From Candidatus Multivorans sp. (lineage in GTDB: Bacteria > Acidobacteriota > Thermoanaerobaculia > Multivoradales > Multivoraceae), in the NCBI GenBank assembly GCA_965224025.1, contig OZ245033.1, forward strand, positions 418,763-482,762: 64,000 bases of DNA, in the 5' to 3' direction. The notes beneath the pieces are model-generated. The model had not been told where the DNA came from, did no database searches, and worked only from the letters and a program-made list of their open reading frames with translations. Below are positions 22,990 to 32,821 of the stretch, in pieces (position 1 is the first letter of the stretch; the number at the start of each line of letters is the position of its first letter). Both the position numbers and the translations under genes were made by a program.

Positions 22990-23925
22990 CCAGGAGTCCC
23001 CTTCGCTAGCCGACGTCGGCGGCCGCTGCACTGTCGGGCGTGTTGTGGGTACGGGCCGACAGGCGTGCCATAGAGCCGGAAGACACGTGCACCGCTCCCG
23101 AGCACCTTGGCCAGCCAGAGGACCGGGGGGCGGGAATCGCGCCTCCCGCTCCGTGCAACTGCGAACGCGTTTGCCGGAGGCCTCGGCCGGGAAGCGGACG
23201 CCCGCGACCTCGATCTCGAAACGGCCGGGCAGTCGGGGAAGTCCGGCAACAGCGACAGGCGGACGCAGCCGAGGCCGACGGCCGCTCCGAGACTGTGGCC
23301 GTAGTTCCCGGAGGTGACGTAGCCCGCGATTTCGTCCCCCAGCCAGATCGGACGTAGCGAGTCCAGGGCATGGTAGCCGGCCTGGACCAGACCGAACGCC
23401 TCGCCGGCGGCCAGGACCTCGTCGTAGACGCCGGCCGTGAACTCCGACGGAACGTAGAGCTCCCAACCGAATTCGCCGACGTAGGTGATGCGCGACCCCC
23501 GCCCGCGGACTGGATTCCGATGGAGTTCAGGCCGGCAGCGACGAAGCAGTTCCCGCACTCGGGCGCTTCGCCGACGTGGTAGCGGACATCCGGCGTGAAG
23601 CTCTCCGGGCCGCGGAAGAGCTGCAGGACGTCGGCCGACTGGAGGGCCCGCATGCGCTCCCTGGCGCCGCGCAGCAACGGCTCGAAGTGCTCGCGGTTGA
23701 CGGCGATTTCGTCGAAGCAGAAGTCCTCGGGGATGCCGTCCATGCCCCAGGGCCGCGCGTTCGGCTCGAAGACGCCGACCATCAGCTTGCCCGCGTCGTA
23801 CCGGTAGTACGAGATGGCGTCGTAGTCCCGCACGACGGGCAGGTTCGCGTCGAGCCCCTCGACGGAGTCGAAACGGACGTAGTAGTGCTCGCAGGCACGC
23901 AGCGGGACGTTGACGCCGATGGAGG
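22990..23925 (-). pseudogene. Fragmented dimethylglycine/sarcosine-dehydrogenase-family gene (FAD oxidoreductase with GcvT-like C-terminus)
   Basis: Homologous pieces are spread over all three minus frames. They include EHYYVRFDS..RDYDAISYYRYDAGKLMVGVFEP..FRGPESFTPDVRYHVGEAPE..FVAAGLNSIGIQSAGG, then ITYVGEFGWELYVPSEF..AGYHALDSLR, then IAGYVTSGNYGHSLGAAVGLG and FEIEVAGVRFPAEAS. Several deletions and frameshifts separate them. Confidence 0.7.
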
Positions 23926-23931
23926 CGGCGA

Positions 23932-23975
23932 GTAGTCGTCATCGGCGGTGGCGTGATCGGCTGCTCGGTCGCTAA
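23932..23975 (+). pseudogene. Isolated FAD-binding (GxGxxG) N-terminal motif fragment, inverted relative to the dehydrogenase remnant
   Basis: The plus strand reads VVVIGGGVIGCSVA and then loses similarity. It abuts the 5' end of the minus-strand dehydrogenase remnant. Confidence 0.4.
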
Positions 23976-23981
23976 GAGGAG

Positions 23982-24335
23982 TCAGGAAGGTTGCCGCGAG
24001 ACCCGGACTCGCTCACCTCGTATCGTGATCACCGCTCGCGCCTCCAGCTCGCGCCGATGGCGCGCCAACAGCTCATTCATCAACGCGATTCGCCGCTCCG
24101 CGGGGACATCGGGTAGCCGCATCAGACCGGCATGGGCTGCCGCTTGCCCGAAGATCAGTTCGCCGAAATCCGTGTCTATCGTGACCAGGATTCGGTCGTT
24201 CTCGGCCGCTCGATGGAGTAGCGCTCTGTCGCCCGGATCGGGGCCGAGTTCGAGCGATTCAACGACATCGCGTCCTTCTTGGCGTAGCCACTCGGCCAGC
24301 CGGCGGCCGGTACATCGGTCCACAAGGAACCGCAC
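23982..24335 (-). CDS. DUF5615 (PIN-like) protein, putative toxin partner of DUF433
   Basis: GTG 24335 gives (M)RFLVDRCTGRRLAEWLRQEGRDVV...DRILVTIDTDFGELIF. The start overlaps the DUF433 stop (TAGTG). Confidence 0.7.
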   Translation of the reverse strand: MRFLVDRCTGRRLAEWLRQEGRDVVESLELGPDPGDRALLHRAAENDRILVTIDTDFGELIFGQAAAHAGLMRLPDVPAERRIALMNELLARHRRELEARAVITIRGERVRVSRQPS

Positions 24336-24586
24336 TACCTGGCGACGGACACCGCGGACAGCGTGTCTCGGGCGATGACTGCGTGGGCGTACGCCGTGCA
24401 AGCCCGAATGTCGTCTGCTTCCAGATCCGGATAGTCCTCCAGAATGGCGTCGGGAGTCGCCCCCTGCGCCAGAAGGCTGAGGATCAACTCCACGGAGATC
24501 CGCATGTCACGGATGATCGGCTTACCGCCGAAGACATCCGGCCGGGCCGTGATGCGACCGAGTAGTTCCGCGTTCGTCGTGGACAT
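24335..24586 (-). CDS. DUF433 protein, putative antitoxin
   Basis: ATG 24586 gives MSTTNAELLGRITARPDVFGGKPIIRDMRISVELILSLLAQGATPDAILEDYPDLEADDIRACTAYA. Confidence 0.75.
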   Translation of the reverse strand: MSTTNAELLGRITARPDVFGGKPIIRDMRISVELILSLLAQGATPDAILEDYPDLEADDIRACTAYAHAVIARDTLSAVSVAR

Positions 24587-24691
24587 CGTCTTCAAGCTCT
24601 CAGGTTCTGAGTCTACTCCGCAACCGTCCCCGCAAGACGACCTGAGCAATCGCCCTGCCAAGCTCTCCGGCCGCTAAGGCGGCCCTTGCCT

Positions 24692-24815
24692 CGAACTCCG
24701 GCCAGTCGTCCGCACGAGCCCGGGTCGCGCCCACCAGGATGGATGTGACACAGGCGAGCAACGCCGTGAGCCGCCTGGCTACGCGCTGCCCGTTACCTGT
24801 TCGCCAACTCGTCAT
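24692..24815 (-). pseudogene. Signal peptide plus 'DWPxF' start of a PQQ-like beta-propeller protein (fragment)
   Basis: RRLTALLACVTSILVGATRARADDWPEF. Similarity then ends. Compare the second fragment at 27429. Confidence 0.3.
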
Positions 24816-25083
24816 AGATCGCTTCGATGTTCGCTCTCGCGTGTTCCATGCCGTAGTCCTTGTAGCGCTCAGGCAACTCCAGGGTCGCCGCCGCCTCCTC
24901 GACGCTCAGACCGGCCCGGAAGGCTTTTTCCCTGGCGGCCAGAAAGTCGCGGTTGAAGTCGGCGTACTCCTCAAGGTCTTCCCACGTCATCAACCCCCTC
25001 CAGGGTCGGTTCGCACCTGTTTCCAGGCGACCCCGTCCAGCGTACGTCACGGGAGGCTGGCCGTGGCCCGTGACGACACGGCT
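24793..25083 (-). pseudogene. C-terminal fragment of an MBL-fold hydrolase
   Basis: VVTGHGQP ... MTWEDLEEYADFNRDFLAAREKAFRAGLSVEEAAATLELPERYKDYG. This resembles the C-terminus of the MBL-like ORF at 51754. Confidence 0.4.
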
Positions 25084-25253
25084 CACGCCCGGGCTTCTGA
25101 AGCAGCGCCATGGCAAGCTAGCAAATGATGTCGTCAACACCCTGGCCGGAGCGGTCCACAGGTCCTTCGATGGATCGGCGCCGCTTCCTTGAAGGAGCGA
25201 TGGTGGCGGTCGGGGCCTGTGCCGCGTCCCGTCAAGGGCATGCACTACTAGGA

Positions 25254-25350
25254 GCCGCAGTATGGTCGCCGCTCCGGGGCGCATTTCTTCCCGCGGGTCA
25301 GAAGACCCGCGGCTACAGCCGGCGAGGGTGCCGGCGCACCCAGTCTGAAA
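25254..25350. repeat. REP-A family copy (partial)
   Basis: Contains the hairpin GCGGGTCAGAAGACCCGC followed by GGCGCACCCAG. The leader GCAGTATGGTCGCCGC is shared with the copy at 48612. Confidence 0.7.
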
Positions 25351-25375
25351 CGTCGTCGGAAGAGGGAGGAAACCA

Positions 25376-26443
25376 ATGAAGGCCACACATCTGACGCTCG
25401 GCATTGCATGCACGCTGCTGATTGGCGCTTGCACGACCGCCCCGGAGGGGGAGACTGAGCCCGCATCCGACACAGAAACGGCATCCTCGCCCGAACCCGC
25501 CCGGAGCTACTCACCCGAATCACGCGATCTCGCCCAGGCGGACATCGAGCGGTTGATGGAGGAGCTCTCCAACTGGGGCCGCTGGGGCGACGACGACCAG
25601 TTGGGGGCGGCCAACCTGATCACCCCGGAGAAGCGCCTCGAGGCTCTGGCCCTGGCGACGGAGGGCATCTCCGTCTCGCTCGCCCATCCTCTGATCACCG
25701 AGGAGGCCGTCGATGTGCCGCTGCCGTTCGAGCGCGCGATCCTGCGGCTTCCCGACCCCGACGAGGAGCCCGGGTTTCGCGACGGCGTCAGCGATCGCCA
25801 CGAGATCAGCTACCACGGCTACTCGCACAGCCACATCGACGCCCTGTGTCACATCCTCTACAAGGGGAAGATGTACAACGGCTACTCGCGGGACACGGTC
25901 ACCGAGGAGGGCTGCACGCGGTCTTCGATCTTCAACCTCCGGGGCGGCATCGTCACCAGGGGCATCGTCTTCGACATACCCCGTCTCAAGGGCGCGCCTT
26001 ATCTGGAACCGGGGACGCCGATCTACACCGAGGACCTCGAGGCCTTCGAGGAGATGGCCGGGCTCCGCGTCCGCGCGGGCGACGCCGTCTTCATCCGTAC
26101 CGGGCGCTGGGCGCGGCGAGCCGAGCTCGGACCCTGGGCCGTGTCGCAGAACGCGGCCGGCCTCCACGCCTCGACGATGCCGTGGGTTCGCTCCCGCGAC
26201 ATCTCGTTCATCGGCTCCGACGCGGCGCTCGACGTCGTTCCATCGCAGGTGGAGGGCGTCGATCTTCCGGTGCACATCCTCACGATCGTCGCCATGGGCA
26301 TCGACATCTTCGACAACCAGGACCTCGAAGCCGTCGCCGAGACGGCGGCCGAGCTGGGTCGCTGGGAGTTTCTGCTCGTGGCGGGGCCTCTGGCCGTCGA
26401 AACCGGAACCGGCTCGCCGATCAACGCACTGGCGATCTTCTGA
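25376..26443 (+). CDS. Cyclase-family protein (kynurenine-formamidase-like fold), lipoprotein
   Basis: Lipobox LLIGAC. Also NWGRWGDDDQLGAANLIT and HGYSHSHIDALCH, typical of the putative cyclase family. Confidence 0.8.
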   Translation: MKATHLTLGIACTLLIGACTTAPEGETEPASDTETASSPEPARSYSPESRDLAQADIERLMEELSNWGRWGDDDQLGAANLITPEKRLEALALATEGISVSLAHPLITEEAVDVPLPFERAILRLPDPDEEPGFRDGVSDRHEISYHGYSHSHIDALCHILYKGKMYNGYSRDTVTEEGCTRSSIFNLRGGIVTRGIVFDIPRLKGAPYLEPGTPIYTEDLEAFEEMAGLRVRAGDAVFIRTGRWARRAELGPWAVSQNAAGLHASTMPWVRSRDISFIGSDAALDVVPSQVEGVDLPVHILTIVAMGIDIFDNQDLEAVAETAAELGRWEFLLVAGPLAVETGTGSPINALAIF

Positions 26444-26751
26444 GGGTTCCCACAAGATCGACTTCGCGGTCGTTCTGCGACCGTTCCGTCGCGCAATCAC
26501 TGAACGAGAGACGAGGGCCGGACGAAGTCCATCGCTGGCGCACCGGCAAGAACGTCGTGCAGGCGTTCGAGGCGCACGGTACGTGTGCTTCCGCCTGCGG
26601 CGGCGATCTCCTTTGAGTCAGCGCTCGCTCTCCGGCGGCGGCCGCGGCTGCCGCGGCGCGGCCGTCCTCGTCACGTTGGACGTCGGCGGGATAGTTGTAA
26701 ACGTTAGGCATCAACCGCCGACAAGCAGGGCGCCGCGACGATCGGGTTGTC

Positions 26752-27006
26752 TCATTCTTCCAGCCGGTCTTCGGGATCTGGAGCTTGGCCGCCCGATCTG
26801 CGCAACAGCCGCCGCGCCGCTTCGATGTCAGCCCGAGACGCGCGCCCGGTGAAGAACTCGGCAGTCCGCATCGCCGAGACTTTCTCGGCCACCGCCGTCG
26901 TCACGAACTGGTTGATGCTCGTGCCGTCGGCTTGGCTGATCTCGGCGACCGCCGTCTTCAACGACGTAGGTAGCCGCAACGGATAGGTACTAAGCTGTTT
27001 CTTCAT
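26752..27006 (-). CDS. Ribbon-helix-helix/HicB-like antitoxin
   Basis: YPLRLPTSLKTAVAEISQADGTSINQFVTTAVAEKV. Has a 4-nt ATGA overlap with the upstream PIN gene. Confidence 0.7.
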   Translation of the reverse strand: MKKQLSTYPLRLPTSLKTAVAEISQADGTSINQFVTTAVAEKVSAMRTAEFFTGRASRADIEAARRLLRRSGGQAPDPEDRLEE

Positions 27007-27428
27007 GACGACAGTCTCCTCAGGGCCTCTTGGGGTGACAGCAGCGCGATGCCGAAGCGCTCGGGCGCCAAGCCGAAGTCCTTCCGGTTGAACGTCACCA
27101 GAGCGTCGGCCCCGCCGTTGATGGCGGTTTCGAGCACCATCTCATCGGCCGGATCGTGCAACTGTGGACGCCACAGAAACCAGGTTGCAACGGGCGCCGC
27201 AACGGCGCAAAGCGCCGAGACGATGATCTCGACCTCCGTCTCGCTCAGGCCCGACACGATCCGTTGGGCCGGATCCCGGCAGACCGCCTCGTACTCCAGC
27301 GCTAGAGGAACGGACAGCACCAACACGAACGTCGCGTTCAAGGCGTGGTCGATCAACGCCGCAGACGCGCCGGTCGGACTCCGCAGGCCGGCAACAATGA
27401 CATTGGTGTCCAGAACAAGCCGTATCAC
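27003..27428 (-). CDS. PIN-domain toxin (PIN_3 / TIGR00305-like)
   Basis: MIRLVLDTNVIVAGLRSPTGASAALI ... DPADEMVLETAINGGADALVTFNRKDF. Confidence 0.8.
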   Translation of the reverse strand: MIRLVLDTNVIVAGLRSPTGASAALIDHALNATFVLVLSVPLALEYEAVCRDPAQRIVSGLSETEVEIIVSALCAVAAPVATWFLWRPQLHDPADEMVLETAINGGADALVTFNRKDFGLAPERFGIALLSPQEALRRLSS

Positions 27429-27687
27429 ATGCGATATGGTATCAACAATTTGCGAAGCCGGAACTCCGCTCCTTTGAGTCGTCTAGCAGTCCCGATCCTG
27501 AGCGCCCTTGCCCTCCCGTGGCTCACCTGGGCCGAGACCGCCGAGTGGCCGCGCTTCCGGGGACCGAACGGCGGCGGCGCCATCGAGGCGGGCACCCTGC
27601 CGGTCGAAGTGGGACTCGACCGCAACCTCCTCTGGCGGGCCGGGATCCCGGCCGGCGACTCGTCGCCGGTCCTGAGCGCCGACCGCC
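27429..27687 (+). pseudogene. N-terminal fragment of a PQQ-like beta-propeller protein
   Basis: Signal peptide MRYGINNLRSRNSAPLSRLAVPILSALALPWLTWA is followed by EWPRFRGPNGGG..LLWRAGIPAGDSSPVL. Similarity ends there, and the rest of the ORF (to 27884) is Arg/Ser-rich junk. Confidence 0.5.
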
Positions 27688-27751
27688 ATCCGAGCGTGCT
27701 GACCGGAAAGGCGCTGCGCGACGCGGAGATCCGGATCTGGAACCTGGCGGA

Positions 27752-28060
27752 CTACTGGGTGGAACGCTGGAGGCCGTGGGCCTCGATGCAGTCAGCGAGG
27801 GCGCGATGGGCAGCCAGGAGTTCCTGCCGGGTACCGCCGCCCAGAATCGCCTCGCCGCGGATCGCGAGGAGGTCGGCCGTGTAGGCAGCCAGGGGCGCGC
27901 AGACTGGAAGTTCCGGGCGTGCGTCACCTTCGTCGGCCGGGACGGCGGCGCTGAGGCCCACTCCGACCAGGACGGTGAGGACGCCGATCACGAGGAAGCC
28001 GATTGAGCGGCGGTAGTCGGGCACTGGTTCGCTCCTTCCCAGGGGAGGCGCTAGGAACAC
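27752..28060 (-). CDS. Hypothetical small membrane-anchored protein
   Basis: One predicted TM segment (IGFLVIGVLTVLVGVGLSAA). No family recognised, and it overlaps the junk tail of the previous ORF. Confidence 0.3.
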   Translation of the reverse strand: MFLAPPLGRSEPVPDYRRSIGFLVIGVLTVLVGVGLSAAVPADEGDARPELPVCAPLAAYTADLLAIRGEAILGGGTRQELLAAHRALADCIEAHGLQRSTQ

Positions 28061-28185
28061 TTGGTCACAGTGACTTGTACGGTTGCGGATCGCAGACTGT
28101 CTAGCCTCCGGGATCTGGATTCATCCTGCGGACTGTCGTCTGGCCGGCGGCCGGCAGGGCCGGCGCTAGAATCGCCTCCACCGCC

Positions 28186-28501
28186 ATGAACGACACGCAG
28201 AGCGCAAGCGACCCGGTGACGGCGCCGACTCGGGCAGAGCACGCGGCCGGCATGGCGGCGTACCAGGAAGAGGGGCTGCGCCTCGCCGCCGAGATCGGCA
28301 ACCGGGGGCCGATTCGACTGACGGACCAGGGCAGGCTCCATCCGGACATCCTGGCGGCGTACTGGAAACACGGGTTCTACGTCTTCGAGGGACTCATCGG
28401 CGGCGACGAGCTGGCCGAGCTGTGCCGCGATGCCAACGAGATGCTGGAGCGCGCGCCGGTGGGTCCGGATGCGGACGTGGACGCGCGAGGGCGGCCGGCG
28501 C
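28186..28501 (+). pseudogene. N-terminal fragment of a phytanoyl-CoA-dioxygenase-like protein
   Basis: HPDILAAYWKHGFYVFEGLIGGDELAELCRDANEMLERAPV. The sequence then turns into Arg/Ser-rich junk. Confidence 0.4.
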
Positions 28502-28562
28502 CGCCGTACACGAGCAAGCGATCGGACAACGATCGCCATCGCGGCCGCGTTCGAAGCGACGC

Positions 28563-29339
28563 TCAGTTTCTGCCCGCGACGCCAAGCCGAGCGGGATCGT
28601 CGGATCGGCAGTCGATCCGCCGCCCGAATCCGGGCGGGAGGTGTTCCTGCATTGCCATCCGCAACTCGTCACTTCGGGCGCGGACAAGATTGAAGGTCTC
28701 GACCAGCGTCTCTTCATAGAGGTGCGGCAGCGGCACCGCCAGATCCCACCTAAAGTCCAGGTGATGGTCCTCCTCGACCCCGACGTACTCGATCCACACG
28801 TTGCGCATCGCCGAGGCCGCACGCCCTGCCATCGCAACGCCGGCCGACAGGCAGGTCTCGGCGCTGTCCGAACGGTAGTGGGAGCCGCAGTTCTTGAAGT
28901 TCCAGCGTTCCGGCAACGGACCGCCATCCAGGAGGGACACGCCCGGGCCACAAGCCTGAGGCGCACGTTCGAGGAGTCCGTCGTTCGTCCAGAGTCGATC
29001 CACCGCTTCAAGGTCGGATGCCGAGAACTGAAGACAACCTGTGGCCCCGCCGCCCGTCAAGTAGGTCGCCCGTCCGTCGGCGTCGATCAGGATCGCGAAG
29101 CTCTGAACTGGACTTCGGTCCAAAGGAGCGATCTTTAGCGTCAACCGCGTCCCGCGGTATCGCGACTCGGCCCCGTTCCCGGCCTTCCCACAACCGGCAT
29201 CTCCGCCCCATCTGAACTTCCAGGGAGTCAGCGCATAGGTACAGGCGCTAAACAGAAACACCAACACCAAGGCTACGAGCAACAGGCGATAGGACCTAGA
29301 CCCACAGACCATGGTCTGCTCAAGAAACCGAAGCGGCAT
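28563..29339 (-). CDS. Hypothetical Cys-containing lipoprotein (paralog 1)
   Basis: MVCGSRSYRLLLVALVLVFLFSAC (ATG 29312 is the more likely start). No family recognised. It is paralogous to the upstream ORF (CLQFSASDLEAVDRLW vs CQRFSEDQLDALRVLW; FRWDLAVPLPHLYEE vs FFWGLESSLPVELEE). Confidence 0.6.
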   Translation of the reverse strand: MPLRFLEQTMVCGSRSYRLLLVALVLVFLFSACTYALTPWKFRWGGDAGCGKAGNGAESRYRGTRLTLKIAPLDRSPVQSFAILIDADGRATYLTGGGATGCLQFSASDLEAVDRLWTNDGLLERAPQACGPGVSLLDGGPLPERWNFKNCGSHYRSDSAETCLSAGVAMAGRAASAMRNVWIEYVGVEEDHHLDFRWDLAVPLPHLYEETLVETFNLVRARSDELRMAMQEHLPPGFGRRIDCRSDDPARLGVAGRN

Positions 29340-29342
29340 CCC

Positions 29343-30010
29343 TCAGCAGCCGGCCTTCGCAGCCACCGCTGGCAGTCGCCGCCGGACGGTCCGTCTGAGC
29401 CGACCACTCTCTTCGCACAGGATCCGCAAAGTGCCCGAAAACGACTCCTCCAACTCCACGGGCAGCGAAGACTCTAGGCCCCAGAAGAACCGGACAGGCC
29501 CGAACTCAGCGTAGTAAGTCACGCGGGCATGTCGAAGGTGTTCCTGCCGACGCCTGACCTGTTCCTCCCAAGCCCCGTTGCACTTACGATCGTCTCCGTG
29601 CGACCCGTACCGACTGTACGCGTAGCCTCGGCCACACTCGCTACCTGCATGAAGCCCTGAACCAACTCAGTCCATAGGACCCGCAGAGCGTCTAGCTGGT
29701 CCTCGGAAAAACGCTGGCAAGCTGTGAAGCCCTCAACCAACTGAGAGTACTCTGAGCCACCGCCCGCCCCTATCCTGAACTCATCATGTCGCCAGTCCTT
29801 AGAACTCAGATCAAGTTGAAGCAGGGTACCGTTCCCCTTCCCCCTCAAGCTCGAACCAGGCAAGAACAGGCACTCTGGATCCACGAAGTGGCACCCAAGT
29901 CCGAGTGCTGCCAACGCCGCGATTAGGAACGATGACCAGCGAAACGCAGGTGTTTTGGACAACCTATGATATCCCAGTTGAGGGCGCGCCGCACCGCCGG
30001 CAGCCACCAT
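29343..30010 (-). pseudogene. Hypothetical lipoprotein (paralog 2), frameshifted
   Basis: Has a lipobox ALGLGC. Track ORF 29519..30010 ends early. The paralogous C-terminal half (YGSHGDDRKC..FGPVRFFWGLESSLPVELEESFSGTLRIL..) continues in another frame to a TGA at 29343, 4 nt before paralog 1. Confidence 0.5.
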
Positions 30011-30037
30011 TCACTCGACAATTGGGCCACCCCCAGG

Positions 30038-31286
30038 ATGCTCTGGACAATCGTCATCGCCACAGCAGGCGTTAGCCTCCTCTTCCTTTCAGAATCGTCT
30101 TCTTCATCTCAAGCCTCCCTTGTCCCTTTTGAGTTGTTGACCTGCCAACCAACCATCGCTCACCGTACACGGCTGGCCGCAGCCCGTCAAGGCCGCGCTG
30201 ACCGTTCAGAGCGGCACGCTTCCTCCCATCACCGACGAAAGCGGCGAAGCCACTGTCGGCGTGGCGCCGGACCAAGACGTGATTCTCGTGTTCGAAGGTG
30301 CTGACGGCGCGCATGCCGCCGTCGTTTCGCACGAGTGGGCCTCGGACAGAAACGAGGGCGAAGACTCGGTCGTTGACGTTCGTCTCAGACGCCCTGTAGC
30401 GCTTCGAGGCCGCATCGCCGAAGTCGGGTCGAACCGCGCCGTACGCGGCGCGGCGGTTTGGTTCCTTTCTGACCCGGGGCGCGGCGGGCGTCTTCGCCTT
30501 AAGATCTCACATCCTGAGTATGTCGATCTGACTGAGACCGTGGCGGACGTGCCTCACGGTGAAGGCTATCTCGACTTGGACGTGTTCACGCTGCCGGCCG
30601 GAACGGAGATTCTCGACCCGGGCCTGTCGGGCGAGCATCTGTTTCGCCGGGTCCGCACCGACAGCGACGGACGTTTCCGTCTCGACAACCTAGTGCCCGC
30701 TACATGGTCCGCCGAGGCGCGCGACGAGTCGAGATGTGCCAAACTTGAGGGAATCGAGCTAGTACGGGGAGAAACACGCGAGATCGAACTCCGGTTGCAG
30801 ACGCTGAATCGGTTGACAGTCCGCGTGACCAAGCACCCTAGCGAGCCGGTAGCGAACGCCAACGTCACGGTGAGCCTCGCGAGCTTCGCTCGGCCGCCTG
30901 TTGTCGGCCGGACCGACGCTGGCGGCCGCACCAGCCTCACAGTGGGCCTCGGCGCCGCGACCGCCGAGGTCGCCCATCCGGACCTTCTCGGCCAATCGCG
31001 CGAGATCGTGCTCAAACCGGGCGCCAACGAACTCCACGTGCGGCTCGATCCTGGCTGGGAGATCGGCGGAGCGGTCCGGTCGGTCGAAGGCGTTCCGATC
31101 CCTGGGGCCGCCATCGAGGCGAGGCAGCGCCCGCCGGACGAGGTCGGAAGCGACTGGGACGCTCGGGCGCGCGAGCTAGCCCGGCTGATGCAACCCTCGG
31201 CGCGGGCCAGGAACTCGAGCGGACCAGGCGTTGCTCGCCTTCGGGCCAACTGGCGCCAGTTAGTCCCGAGTTCTGTCGCGTCCTAG
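30038..31286 (+). pseudogene. Carboxypeptidase-regulatory-like (Ig-like) repeat protein, apparently frameshifted near the 5' end
   Basis: ATG 30038 gives a signal-like MLWTIVIATAGVSLLFLS in one frame. The repeat body (LTVHGWPQPVKAALTVQSG.., TDSDGRFRLDNLVPATW, TDAGGRTSLTV) is in another frame that opens after a TGA at 30138. The C-terminal part is low in similarity. Confidence 0.45.
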
Positions 31287-31355
31287 CCCTCGCCCGCGAT
31301 CGGCCGGTCGCCGCGTGTAGCGGGTCCTGACTACGCCACGGCCTTTGTTGCCTCT

Positions 31356-31704
31356 CCCCCCCCCAGAAGGGGCTCGACCACGCACGCTCGCAGTCGAGTT
31401 GGGTGACGCGAACGTAGTAGTAGTCGCCTTCTCTTCCCTGCTCCAGGCCGGTCCACTCGAGGCGCTGGTCGAGGGAGCCTTCGGGATCGACGAGGCCGAG
31501 GCTGACGCTGACGCTGTCGTTGTCGACACCGGTGGCGGGAGTCGGGCGATGGACCACGGCCGACTCGCGCGCGCCGGCGAGTCGCAGGTCGAGGTCTACG
31601 CCGGGTAGGACCCCTTCACTCCGTTCGATGCCGCCGGGCTCCAGAATCCCGGCGTTGGTCGGTACTGCGCGAACGGCGCGCTTCAAGTGCTCGCTTTCTC
31701 GCAC
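31356..31704 (-). pseudogene. C-terminal fragment resembling DUF3604/CehA-type metallohydrolases
   Basis: The GDYYYVRVTQLDCERAWSSPFW motif sits at the end of the homologous part. There is no N-terminal domain, and the tail reads into junk. Confidence 0.35.
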
Positions 31705-31774
31705 AGCTCAGGGGGGACGATGTCGTGTCCCCGGTCCTGGGCGATTGCAGCTGGTGGCGACCCCCCCAACAGGC

Positions 31775-32110
31775 TCACGGCTCCGAGAGATCGCGAAAGA
31801 GAGGCCCGGCACAGAAGTCGCGGAGAAAAGTCGAGCGCTGCACCAGGTGGACGGTGAAGGTGATCTCGTCGGCGCGAGCGATGAAGCGACGCCCCCGCGG
31901 CTGTTTGCGCAGCAACGCTTCGGCCTCGGCCTCCCAGGGGTCGATCTCGGCGATCAGGTGCTCGACTGTGGAAGGCTCGACCGCGTTCTCGAGCACGAAG
32001 AAGCCCTGCTCGCTCCATTGGCGGGCCTGCGCGGAAGAGATGCGCCGGTAAGGGCCGCCTCGCGGCTCCCAGCGAAAGCCCTGGTTGAGCGGATGGAGCT
32101 TCGGCGTCAT
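31775..32110 (-). pseudogene. N-terminal fragment of a phytanoyl-CoA dioxygenase family protein
   Basis: ISSAQARQWSEQGFFVLENAVEPSTVEHLIAEIDP ... ITFTVHLVQRSTFLRDF. Only ~110 codons are present before the stop. Confidence 0.45.
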
Positions 32111-32289
32111 GGCCGATCGGCAACAGACTGGTTCGGCACGGAGGCCACGATCAAACCGCCAATCGGCGTGCTGCGACCCGACTCCCGGCCGAGCGACTCG
32201 AAGTTCTCCACTTCCAGGCCGCGGACTCGCTCTTCCTCAAGAAGGTGCAGAATCATCCGTACCTGACCGGCGCAATCCGGCACGTGGCG

Positions 32290-32410
32290 GGAATCGGCCC
32301 GAGTGAGGGCGCCAGCCGGGTGCGGCAGGCGGAACTGAGGGGCCTGCGGGCGTTCGTCCAGGAACACCGTCCGCGCCGGGCCATCGTGGTGTGCAACGAG
32401 AGCGCGGCGA
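32290..32410 (+). pseudogene. C-terminal fragment of a DUF4143 AAA-ATPase, cut by the 95-bp repeat
   Basis: SRVRQAELRGLRAFVQEHRPRRAIVVCNE matches the conserved tail of DUF4143 ATPases as I recall it. Similarity ends ~20 nt before the repeat at 32427. Confidence 0.35.
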
Positions 32411-32426
32411 GCTGTTGGCGTGCGCC

Positions 32427-32521
32427 GGGCGGTGGATGGTCGCGACGCGTTCGTGGCACGTTCGATGACCCGTACAGACACTAGGTACCACTGCGAGAAC
32501 CCGCGCAAGCCGGGCGCCCCC
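32427..32521 (+). repeat. ~95-bp direct repeat, left copy (DR-95)
   Basis: GGGCGGTGGATGGTCGCGACGCGTTCGTGGCACGTTCGATGACCCGTACAGACACTA is identical over 57 nt to 35884..35940. The next ~38 nt are near-identical. Confidence 0.9.
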
Positions 32522-32635
32522 TCATGCGGGATGCGTCCCGTGGGACACGGCTCTTGCGGCGACGGGATGCGGTCGGCCCGACCTCCGTCTCGCTTTCGGT
32601 CCGAACGCTTCAAGAAGCACCCCACCAAAGCGGTA

Positions 32636-32659
32636 CGTCCCGCCGGTGAAGGCGGGACG
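32636..32659. terminator. GC-rich stem-loop (possible terminator downstream of the 32822 gene)
   Basis: CGTCCCGCC-GGTGAA-GGCGGGACG gives a perfect 9-bp stem. There is no clear U-tract. Confidence 0.3.
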
Positions 32660-32821
32660 AGAAGGGGCGACGACGGTAGGGAAGTCAATCTAGCGGGAAA
32701 CCACTCTCGCTCTTGGACAGACGGCCTACCTCTACCGCCGCCGCCGCGCCGCTGAGCAAGGAGAGGGGAAACTGATGAAGGAAACCCCGAGTTCGAACTC
32801 AGCGACGCATGTTCCGGTCAA

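Noticed and set aside
26421-26714. HicB-like antitoxin start (MPNVYNYPADVQRDEDGR) followed by poly-Ala
   Set aside because: Only ~18 residues resemble HicB, and the rest is Ala/Arg-rich. It partly overlaps the cyclase gene end. The evidence is insufficient to call a gene or pseudogene.
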